A DNA stretch of 62,923 nucleotides, the filler included, from Squatina squatina (lineage: Eukaryota), in assembly GCA_031763465.1 (NCBI GenBank). It is 14 parts of one record of this genome, joined end to end, with 100 filler letters (N's around TTAATTAATTAA, not from the genome) between each part and the next. Parts side by side here need not be neighbours in the genome. Positions count along the whole stretch, not along the records: positions 10,711 to 21,564 come from JARFOE010000004.1; 13 more parts are not named here. One strand, written 5' to 3'. The stretch's first letter is position 1. Every line of letters starts with the position of its first letter. The notes below the pieces were generated by a model, which saw only the letters and a program-made list of their open reading frames with translations, had not been told where the DNA came from and searched no databases. Positions 11,705 through 21,322 of this stretch are shown here, one piece after another. Both the position numbers and the translations under genes were made by a program.

Positions 11705-12433
11705 NNNNNNNNNNNNNNNNNNNNNNNNNNNNNNNNNNNNNNNNNNNNNNNNNNNNNNNNNNNNNNNNNNNNNNNNNNNNNNNNNNNNNNNNNNNNNNNN
11801 NNNNATTTTCAATTACTTGCATGGTAGCATTTTCATGCATTGCACTTGATATAATCAGGAATGTCAAGTCTTTGTGGAATGCCTGACCACCTCTATTTTT
11901 CAAAAAGTAGTAATTGGAGTGGATCCTGTCTGTCATGTACCCAGTGATGGAATGATGAAAGGTCCCTATCTAATTGCTCGCTAGGATTTGTAGGTTTTAC
12001 TCCTGTGATTTCAAGCAGGTTTTGTAATCTTCACTGCATCATGGTGCGATATTCCAAGGTGCTAGTGACCTCGTTCCACTCTTGTGCGCCTCCTTCTTCT
12101 TGGTTGTAGAGTGGAATTGGCAGAGCATGGGGTTATGTCATAAAGGGAAGGAGAAATCCCTTACAAAATATCAACTTTGATGAAAAACAGAAATGTCACT
12201 ATTTTTGTGCAGTATTTGTTGTCAAGAAATACCTCTTCACAATCGCTTGGTAAATCTTGGGTAATGTAAGCCAGGTTTATAAACTGCTCTAATTTTCTAA
12301 ACTGATGTAAGAGCTCCGACTATTTAAATTTTGTAGGTTTGCTATGTGCACATGTTCAGAACCATTTTTGGCTTGAACTACTTTATTCAGTAAGCATTTT
12401 TAGAATCTAAAATAATTTGGGTTTTTTTTCCAG

Positions 12434-12641
12434 CTGGATGTTGAGAAGCTTGTTCCCGCTCTTAACAGCAAAAATGGCATTACTCCCAATCCTGCGGTTC
12501 CCACCACAACTGTTGATCCATCCACAGCTGACAAGACAAAAGTGTTTTTTGTTGACGAATCGGAGCCCCTCCTTCGCTGTGACTCAACTTCAAGTACTTC
12601 ATCATCTGTTCTCAGCAGAACTGGATCCTTCATTTCCAAAG
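12434..12641 (+). CDS. TNFRSF21: TNFRSF21 exon following the death domain
   Basis: ttttcc[10 protein letters not shown]...[37 protein letters not shown](E)|GTAAAA. Confidence 0.95.
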
Positions 12642-13820
12642 GTAAAAACTGCATGCATTTCATAATTGCTTCCTAAACTTAGTTCATTACTTGAGCAATA
12701 TTGTTTGCCTTTTAGTTTAATAAGGATACTGAAACATTTGAAGTGGAGAATAGTATCACCTACTGTATATATGCTTTCCTACTTAGAGCTATATCCATTT
12801 CATTTGATATTGAAATTTTATTTGCAAATACAGTTTTAGGATTGTGTTTTCTGTAAATTCACACAATTGCAAGTGAATTGCCANNNNNNNNNNNNNNNNN
12901 NNNNNNNNNNNNNNNNNNNNNNNNNNNNNNNNNNNNNNNNNNNNNNNNNNNNNNNNNNNNNNNNNNNNNNNNNNNNNNNNNNNNNNNNNNNNNNNNNNNN
13001 NNNNNNNNNNNNNNNNNNNNNNNNNNNNNNNNNNNNNNNNNNNNNNNNNNNNNNNNNNNNNNNNNNNNNNNNNNNNNNNNNNNNNNNNNNNNNNNNNNNN
13101 NNNNNNNNNNNNNNNNNNNNNNNNNNNNNNNNNNNNNNNNNNNNNNNNNNNNNNNNNNNNNNNNNNNNNNNNNNNNNNNNNNNNNNNNNNNNNNNNNNNN
13201 NNNNNNNNNNNNNNNNNNNNNNNNNNNNNNNNNNNNNNNNNNNNNNNNNNNNNNNNNNNNNNNNNNNNNNNNNNNNNNNNNNNNNNNNNNNNNNNNNNNN
13301 NNNNNNNNNNNNNNNNNNNNNNNNNNNNNNNNNNNNNNNNNNNNNNNNNNNNNNNNNNNNNNNNNNNNNNNNNNNNNNNNNNNNNNNNNNNNNNNNNNNN
13401 NNNNNNNNNNNNNNNNNNNNNNNNNNNNNNNNNNNNNNNNNNNNNNNNNNNNNNNNNNNNNNNNNNNNNNNNNNNNNNNNNNNNNNNNNNNNNNNNNNNN
13501 NNNNNNNNNNNNNNNNNNNNNNNNNNNNNNNNNNNNNNNNNNNNNNNNNNNNNNNNNNNNNNNNNNNNNNNNNNNNNNNNNNNNNNNNNNNNNNNNNNNN
13601 NNNNNNNNNNNNNNNNNNNNNNNNNNNNNNNNNNNNNNNNNNNNNNNNNNNNNNNNNNNNNNNNNNNNNNNNNNNNNNNNNNNNNNNAAAGGAAAAACAA
13701 ATTTAAAAATACAAACCAAAAAAACCTAGTTTAATATTTTTGCTCAAGATTTTTTTGGATGGAGCTGTTCAAAAATATTCAAATAGGCCTAAATATCCTC
13801 TCTCCCTTTCTGAACTGCAG

Positions 13821-14050
13821 AGAAGAAAGACACCATTTTACGACAAGTACGTTTGGATCCTTGTGACTTGCAGCCTGTATTTGACGACATGCTTCATATT
13901 CTTAACCAAGAGGAGCTTGGAGTGATGGACGAGATTCCCCATGCAGAGGACAAACTGGACAAGCTCTTCGAGATTGCTGGAGGGAAGAGTCAGGACGCCA
14001 GTCAGAAACTCCTGGACTCAGTTTATAGCCACTTACCTGACCTCCTTTAA
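13821..14050 (+). CDS. TNFRSF21: TNFRSF21 last coding exon (CARD-like C-terminus)
   Basis: ctgc[35 protein letters not shown]...[16 protein letters not shown]. Phase joins the previous exon. Confidence 0.97.
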
Positions 14051-14442
14051 TCTCATGCAGCATTGTATGTGATTGAACATACTTATTGATGGCAGTAATG
14101 GCTGGTCAGTGCCAGTAATATAAAACAAAGCTTGAACTTGCTCAGGCTATGTGGGGCATTTAGCCCATCAAAGTGGTGATATTCTTGAGTCATTCACTTT
14201 GTACTCTGAAATTGGAAATTTGCTTCCACTGATAGAAGCATGGCATCCACCTGGCATGTAGAAGCCAGTAATTTGGTCCTCCTTTCATTTTTTTTTTCTG
14301 TTAACTGAAACATCATTCCTAAGCAAATTGTGTGCACTTTTTNNNNNNNNNNNNNNNNNNNNNNNNNNNNNNNNNNNNNNNNNNNNNNNNNNNNNNNNNN
14401 NNNNNNNNNNNNNNNNNNNNNNNNNNNNNNNNNNNNNNNNNN

Positions 14443-14520
14443 TAATTGATTCTAGCATTTTTCCAACAATCGATGTTAAGCTAATTGGCCTATAGTTACC
14501 CGCTTTTTGCCTCCTTCCCA
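14443..14520 (-). mobile_element. CR1 reverse transcriptase fragment
   Basis: GNYRPISLTSIVGKMLESI motif. Confidence 0.8.
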
Positions 14521-16109
14521 GTAAACTGTTCACTTTCTGGCTCCATAGAATGTTTTTTTTGTGGTGCTATGAAGCCATTCTCAGCAAATGGCATGTGTGG
14601 TATCGGTACACTGGGAAGAAAAAAATGAAATGTGGCATCTTTGCCCCAATTCGTAAATATACTGAGTGATTCTCATAATTTGTCCCAAGTAGTCTAAATA
14701 ATTGTCCCTGTCCTGTGCCTTTACCTTTTCGTAGCTGTGCAGACACATCTGTCGTCTTTGTAGATAAAAGGGTAAGCTGTTGATGTGAAATAGTCATACA
14801 AGCTTATGCAAGCCCTTGATTCAACCATTTCCAAGCTCTCTCTTGCAAAATAGCCTCTGATGTTAGCAAGTTATCCTTGCTATGTAAGGAATCTGGGCGG
14901 TCTTCATGTTTCATTGATTTTCAGATAGCTTTATCTCTTTGTGCTTGTGTCAACACGCTTGCAAGATTTTACCCAAAAGAATGCTTTTTAGTTATGATTT
15001 TACTTTTTTTCTTAAATGCGCTGAAGTCTGGTTGCTAAATGTTCACTTTCTGCTTTTAATGCAAAAATCATTTTTCATTTTGTTTTTCCACACAGTTTGC
15101 TCTTGATCGTTTATTGACTTGTTTTATTTTTGCTGATTAAATGGCTGCGGATGTAGCTCTGATTCACAAGGATACATAAACTCGGAGCTTTAATAATCAA
15201 CGTAGTACTTGAACCAGGCTGTTGTACTTGTTAACCTTTACATGTATTTTCAACAGCTGTCTAAAACGGGGATGAAATAGATTACTGACTAGAACTGCTA
15301 TATAGGATACTATAAAATGATTCCAGGATATTGTATTAAATTCTCATAGCTGGTGGAGTGCTATTCATGGGAGATACTATTTCGTGGTTATGTTTCCAAA
15401 AGAGAAAATGTTGACAGCAGTTGCTTCACCAGTTGGGATGATATAGCTGGTTATATATCGAGCAGAACTGGTGCTAGACTGCAGATCTCTTGAAAACTTT
15501 AGCGGTACTAATATTGTCACATACGACTACTTGTTACATGTGAAAGAGAACAAAACTATTTTTAGCTATCTGCTCAGCAAAGGTGGGAAAGGATATGCTT
15601 GTTTTGGTATTTTTTTTTAAACTACTTGGAACAAGTCTGTTATCGGTCCAGGGTGATACTAATTTATTCAGGGTACAAATAATTGAGTGTTTATTACTAT
15701 TATCTGGTTAAAATCATGCTGCATTTAACTCAATTCAATATATCACTGATGTAAACTATTAACATGGTACATCCTAATAAAAGTTCAAACTGCTTTTTTT
15801 CCACAATCAAGTGTGTGTTTTCTTCTTAAACCGAAGGTCAAAGCTTTGGTTTTAGTCCAAGTTGTCAATAGAGATAGTAACAGAACATTCAGTATGCATA
15901 CAAAGGGATCTGTTTTTATATGAAAGAAAATTAGACTTGCTGTTTTTCCTGTGCTGTCTCCTCCAGACATGGGCACTTGTGATTGCAACATTAATCTTAT
16001 TTTCTTTTGTACTTGGTAGCCCTAGTGGTGGGTGAACAACAGATGTGGTTCATGTGTGGTGGATTGGGCAGAGATTTCCTCTTGACCTGGAGGTCAGTGA
16101 GTGCACTGA

Positions 16110-16279
16110 TTATCCGTGGAGCTGCAGCAATGAGTCCTGGCCTTTGCGGCTGTGTGGGTTTTGTACAGATGCTAACTCCTGCTTCTCAGTGAGAGATGAG
16201 CTCGAATCCTTTCCCTTCCTGGACCAGAGCTGTTTTGGCTTTTTAAGCACCCTGACCATTTCTTTCATTTGAAGAAATG
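16110..16279 (-). CDS. Possible terminal exon of unknown identity
   Basis: tttttccaAG acceptor, then FLQMKEMVRVLKKPKQLWSRKGKDSSSSLTEKQEL...LLQLHG-TAA. Hydrophilic and protein-like, but not recognised. Confidence 0.3.
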
Positions 16280-16490
16280 CTTGGAAAAACAGATCGCATC
16301 GCAGCATTTTATTGATTGAACTAAAGTGGTTGTGTTGTCAAGCTTTGTCACCAGCAAGGCAAACATTCCTCTTTNNNNNNNNNNNNNNNNNNNNNNNNNN
16401 NNNNNNNNNNNNNNNNNNNNNNNNNNNNNNNNNNNNNNNNNNNNNNNNNNNNNNNNNNNNNNNNNNNNNNNNNNTTCAAAGCGAACTAAA

Positions 16491-17522
16491 ATGAATACAA
16501 GCCTTGGAAGCACAGAACCAGTAGAATACTGCTATGAGTTTTTGGATGGATCTTGTCTTAAAACAATCCGATCCAATGGTCTCCGAGCATCTCTTTATGC
16601 ATTTGGCACAGTAGCAATTCTGGTCACAATGTTTGGCAACATGTTGGTGATCATTTCAATCTCCCATTTCAAACAGCTCCACACACCCACTAATTATCTG
16701 GTTCTTTCCTTGGCAGTTGCCGATTTTCTGCTGGGATGTATGGTTATGCCTTACAGTTTGGTGAGATCCATAGAAAACTGTTGGTACTTGGGGGAAATGT
16801 TTTGCAAACTTCAAGCAAGCTTTGATTTTATGCTCTGTGCAGCGTCAATATTCCACCTGTGCTTTATTTCTGTTGATCGTTACTATGCGGTCTGTGACCC
16901 GCTGAAATACAGAATCAGAATTACCATTCACACCGTCCTGGGAATGATCGTTATCAGTTGGATTCTTTCAGCATTTGTGGGTTTTGGCATGATATGTTTA
17001 GAATTAAATTTAATAGAAATTAGGGCTTTTTACGATCAGAATGTTTTTTGCTACGGAGGTTGTATCCTAGTGATGGGTAAACTATGTTCAGTGATCTACT
17101 CAATTGTTTCCTTTTTCTTCCCAGGATTTATTATGCTCTGTATTTATACAAAGATTTACTCTGTAGCCACAAAACAAGCCCGAGCCATAAATGACATTAC
17201 AAGGCAAATCCAGGTCATCAAAGAAAGCAAAAACGTAGCTTCCCAGACAGGTGAAAGAAAAGCTGCCAAAACTCTCGGGATAGTGATGGGAGTATTTTTA
17301 ATCTGCTGGTCTCCATATTTCACTTGCAATTTCATAGATCCTTTCATTGAACATTCAACTCCACCGATTATGTTCGATGCTTTTTTTTGGTTCGGGTATT
17401 TGAACTCTGCATTCAACCCCATGATCTATGCATTCTTCTATTCTTGGTTCCGAAAAGCCCTCAAAACTATTTTAACTTTTAAAATATTCACAACCGATTC
17501 CTCAAGAATAAATCTATTCTGA
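16491..17522 (+). CDS. TAAR1: Trace amine-associated receptor, TAAR1-like, intact single-exon ORF (343 aa)
   Basis: Seven TM segments; HFKQLHTPTN, Asp3.32 (16824-16826), DRY, ERKAAKTLG, CWSP and the TAAR fingerprint NSAFNPMIYAFFYSWF. Exact paralogue name uncertain. Confidence 0.93.
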   Translation: MNTSLGSTEPVEYCYEFLDGSCLKTIRSNGLRASLYAFGTVAILVTMFGNMLVIISISHFKQLHTPTNYLVLSLAVADFLLGCMVMPYSLVRSIENCWYLGEMFCKLQASFDFMLCAASIFHLCFISVDRYYAVCDPLKYRIRITIHTVLGMIVISWILSAFVGFGMICLELNLIEIRAFYDQNVFCYGGCILVMGKLCSVIYSIVSFFFPGFIMLCIYTKIYSVATKQARAINDITRQIQVIKESKNVASQTGERKAAKTLGIVMGVFLICWSPYFTCNFIDPFIEHSTPPIMFDAFFWFGYLNSAFNPMIYAFFYSWFRKALKTILTFKIFTTDSSRINLF

Positions 17523-17696
17523 GTTCATTGCATCAAGATTCAATAAGAATTACAGAGCAAGAGATAAGGTAATACAGCTATAGGTGTTCCTGTCTNNNNN
17601 NNNNNNNNNNNNNNNNNNNNNNNNNNNNNNNNNNNNNNNNNNNNNNNNNNNNNNNNNNNNNNNNNNNNNNNNNNNNNNNNNNNNNNNNNNNNNNNA

Positions 17697-18479
17697 ACGT
17701 GTTGGTATTGAGGGCAGTTGTTTTGCAAGATTCACTCCAGCTGTGATGTTATGTTCAGCACAGCTTCAATATTACATCTGTGTTTCATCTCTGTTGACCG
17801 TTACTATGCAGTGTGTGACCCACTGAGATACAAAATGAGGATAACTTTCTTCTCAGTGCAGATGATGATCTTCATGAGTTGGGCTGTTTCAGCTGTTTTT
17901 GCTTTTGGCTTAATCTTTTTAGAATTAAATATAAAAGGAATTGAGGAACTTTACTGCAATAATATTGCTTGCTATGGGAGTTGCACACTTATATTTAGTG
18001 AAATATCAGGGGTGGTTGGCTCAATGATTTCCTTTTACATCCCAGGAGTCACCATGTTGTGTATTTATTGTAAGATTTATTTTGTGGCTATAAAACAGGT
18101 CAGAAGCATAAACAGAATAATGATTCAAATTCAAAATATCACAGAAAACAAAAGTAGATTTTCACGAAACAATGAAAGAAAAGCTGCCAAAACTCTAGGA
18201 ATAGTAATGGGTGTCTTTCTAATTTGTTGGTCTCCATTTTTCATTTGCAACACAATGGATGCTTTTGTCAATTATTCAACCCCGCCTATTTTGTTTGACA
18301 CTCTTGTTTGGTTTGGCTACTTGAATTCTACATTCAATCCCATAATCTACGGCTTCTTCTTTTCCTGGTTTAGAAAAGCTGTAAAAATCATTTGGACGTG
18401 CAAAATATTTCAACCTGCTTCTTCCTGTTTCAACCTGTTGACTTGTTCTGTGTGTAAAATATACACAAATAGTAAATAG
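17697..18479 (+). pseudogene. TAAR1: Second TAAR1-like gene, 5' part in gap, with in-frame TGA in ECL1 (pseudogene or base error)
   Basis: TCWY*GQLFCKIHSSCDVMFSTAS...DRY...ISGVVGSMISFYIPG...NSTFNPIIYGFFFSWF. TGA is at 17709-17711; the rest of the frame is open. Confidence 0.75.
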
Positions 18480-19711
18480 CATGTAAAAGTGAATATCAAA
18501 CAAGCCATTTGTCACTTTGACTAGTTTGCTCCCTGTGAGCAACTTGGACCCTTTATGAACCGTGAGAATACAGTTTAGGTTGCGTCATCCAGAATTAACT
18601 CCTAATTATCCTATTATATAACACTGTGAGTTGGTATTTATGCAGCATTCCCAATGTGTCCCCTATCAGTTTGAATAGGCAAAAATCACACACCAGATAA
18701 GATGAGTATAAGCTAAAATCAGTACAATATTTACAATTTAAACAATTAAGTATCAGAACCAAGCAAGTACCTCACAAAACAAGGTAACATTGTTATGTAC
18801 ACAGGCCTCGAAAATCCGCAGCCATCAACATAAGATGGCCGAGACCAGGGACTGCATTTCTAAATGTCAGAATTCCTAAATCCCAGCCCTTCGATGAGGC
18901 TCAGTGTATCATCAGTGAAGGTCTGTCTTTATTATATTTTAAGCATACTATCCCCAGTCATTGCTGGATCAAAGAAAGCCCATATCATAATTAATCTTAG
19001 GTGAGGAGCCTTCTGATACAGGTCCCAAAAATCCACAGCCATCTCTGATCTTCTACTTTAAACTTGGGAAAGGAACAGCATCAGTTTTAATTTTAAATCA
19101 GAGGGTTCTGACGAAATGTTAACCTTGTTTCTCTCTCTGCAGATTTAGCATGGGGTTTAGAGTCAACGCGTCTTCCCCGCATGCACACAGTCCATCTCAT
19201 TAATTGGTTTGCAGCAGGCTGGTGAACGCGCACGATTGCTGTCATAAATCAATTCTCGGCCACTTTAAAAAAAGGCTACCTCAGCCGAATGAAAATAAGG
19301 AGGCACAATTAAAAGAATTAACCGGGGTCGATCAAACTGATGCAATTTGTCATTTAAGTCTTTGCTTTGGCAATATATTACACTTGGCAGTCTTGTCTCA
19401 ATAGGACTACTCGTCGAAGCAGAAATGGACAAGAACATCCATATACCCCGCTCGCTTTACTCATTTCAGTGTAGGGGGCCTCGTGCCCCCGCCCTCCCCA
19501 GTGCTTTAAGATAAAAACAACACAGTTTCCTTTATTCTGTTTGCACTGAACTCAGCGAGACGCCAGGAATCGCGATCCTTTGTTATATCAACAGGAATTA
19601 ACGAGATCTCNNNNNNNNNNNNNNNNNNNNNNNNNNNNNNNNNNNNNNNNNNNNNNNNNNNNNNNNNNNNNNNNNNNNNNNNNNNNNNNNNNNNNNNNNN
19701 NNNNNNNNNNG

Positions 19712-20308
19712 CCTGTAACAGCTGTGACTGTTATATTAATCTGGCTGTTTGCCATCTTGTATGGGTTTAGTGTGTTTTTATCAGACTTCAGTAAAAAATC
19801 CGTAGATGATTATATGACTACTAGGCCATGTGAGGGCAGCTGTGTTGCATATGATAAGTTTGAGGGGCACATGGATGCACTGATTGTATTTTTTATTCCC
19901 ATTTTTATCATTTTGGGTGTATATGTCAAGATATTTTTTGTGCTGAGGTGCAAACATGGTATAAAAATTGGAAACATGCCAAATGATAGCCAATTTACAG
20001 AAGAAAACAATATTAAAAACTTGCATAAAAAAGAAAAAATAGCTGTTAAAAATCAAGGTGTAATAATGGGAATTTTTACATTCTCCTGGCTGCCTTTCTA
20101 TGTAAATAGCATTCTTAATCCATATTTTAATTTTTTAATGCCAACAGCTTTACATGATGTATTTACATGGTTTGCATTTTTTAATTCTACTTTAAACCCA
20201 ATGCTCTATGCTTTCTTGTATCCTTGGTTTCGCAAAACACTGAAACTTATGCTTTCTTGTCAGATATTTAACTCTGATTCTTATACAATGAATTTTTTTT
20301 CAGAGTAA
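19712..20308 (+). CDS. Divergent TAAR (TM4 to C-terminus; TM1-3 lost in gap), TAAR13/class II-like features
   Basis: CEGSC in ECL2, GHMDALIVFFIP (TM5), SWLPFYVNSILNPY (TM6), fingerprint NSTLNPMLYAFLYPWFRK, ends IFNSDSYTMNFFSE-TAA. Confidence 0.9.
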   Translation, partial: PVTAVTVILIWLFAILYGFSVFLSDFSKKSVDDYMTTRPCEGSCVAYDKFEGHMDALIVFFIPIFIILGVYVKIFFVLRCKHGIKIGNMPNDSQFTEENNIKNLHKKEKIAVKNQGVIMGIFTFSWLPFYVNSILNPYFNFLMPTALHDVFTWFAFFNSTLNPMLYAFLYPWFRKTLKLMLSCQIFNSDSYTMNFFSE

Positions 20309-21249
20309 CTAAATACAGATGCCATGGAGCTGTACAAATTGAAATAAGCACCATCTATAAATGCCTCGCAGGCATTGTGTTGGGAAGTCTTATACCCCCT
20401 TTCAACCAGCCATGGCTCATTAGTAACACTCTTGCCTTTGAGTCAAAAGGTTGTAGGTTTCTGTCCCACCCTNNNNNNNNNNNNNNNNNNNNNNNNNNNN
20501 NNNNNNNNNNNNNNNNNNNNNNNNNNNNNNNNNNNNNNNNNNNNNNNNNNNNNNNNNNNNNNNNNNNNNNNNATATATTTCTTTATAAGAAGTTGCTAAG
20601 GTACCTGGCTGCAAATTGTTCGATGTTCCAAATGAATTATGATCAATATTGTGTGGAAGGAACTATCATTTGACATATAGTAGTAACCTGGTTTTAAAGT
20701 CACTTTTTTTTTTAAAAAGAATATTTTCGTTAATAGGTTTCCTCGGTTGAAAAGAACATTTAAGCAAGGTTTTTATACAGAGTTGTGGAAATATCACTTA
20801 ATCCTCCGATGAAGAGTATAAACGCCTGTAAGAAGTATTGAGTTCCTCCTCAACCCACTTCAGCTGGGATGATGAATACTCTGAAAATATTTGATAACTC
20901 GTCTATGAGGAAGACTATATTAACAGCAAGTTATTTTATATTTATTGTGCAGACATCTCAAGTACCTTGGAGACCTCCAAACTCAACCTTAAGTCTTAAA
21001 AGGAAAACACTTCTGTATCCAATTATTGGGCCAAGTTCTGCAATAAAAACAGAAAATACTCAATGAGCAGCAAATCTGAAGTCTAGATATAGGTGGTGAA
21101 GAGGGGAAACCTCCATCAGAAATGACCCAGTTAGGCTAAAGAAATGTTAAAGGACTAAATTTGCTGGGACGAATCACAATGAATGAAACATTTCTTCATT
21201 TTTTTTTTACAAGCTGATATAAATACTAAGCTGCTTTTGTTCATTTCAG

Positions 21250-21322
21250 TCTGATATCCTGGACATTAATGAAATATTTAAAGACTTGGGAATGATGATT
21301 CATGAGCAAGGAGACCTGGTTG
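21250..21322 (+). CDS. STX7: Syntaxin-7 SNARE-domain exon
   Basis: tttc[26 protein letters not shown](D)|GTAAGC, 73 nt. STX7 flanks the TAAR cluster in other vertebrates. Confidence 0.93.

Noticed and set aside
10943..12433. Death-domain-less TNFRSF21
   Set aside because: The flanking exon phases (1 and 0) do not join and a gap lies at 11705-11804, so the exon is most likely unassembled.
12789..13729. Long ORFs in the supplied track made of X residues (also 33554, 38950, 42119, 48141)
   Set aside because: They are artefacts of translating N runs.
15556..15565. Perfect MEF2 site CTATTTTTAG
   Set aside because: An isolated 10-mer in AT-rich DNA with no supporting context.
17709..17711. Selenocysteine or readthrough TGA in the TAAR
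   Set aside because: The position corresponds to Leu/Phe rather than Cys, and I see no evident SECIS or readthrough context.
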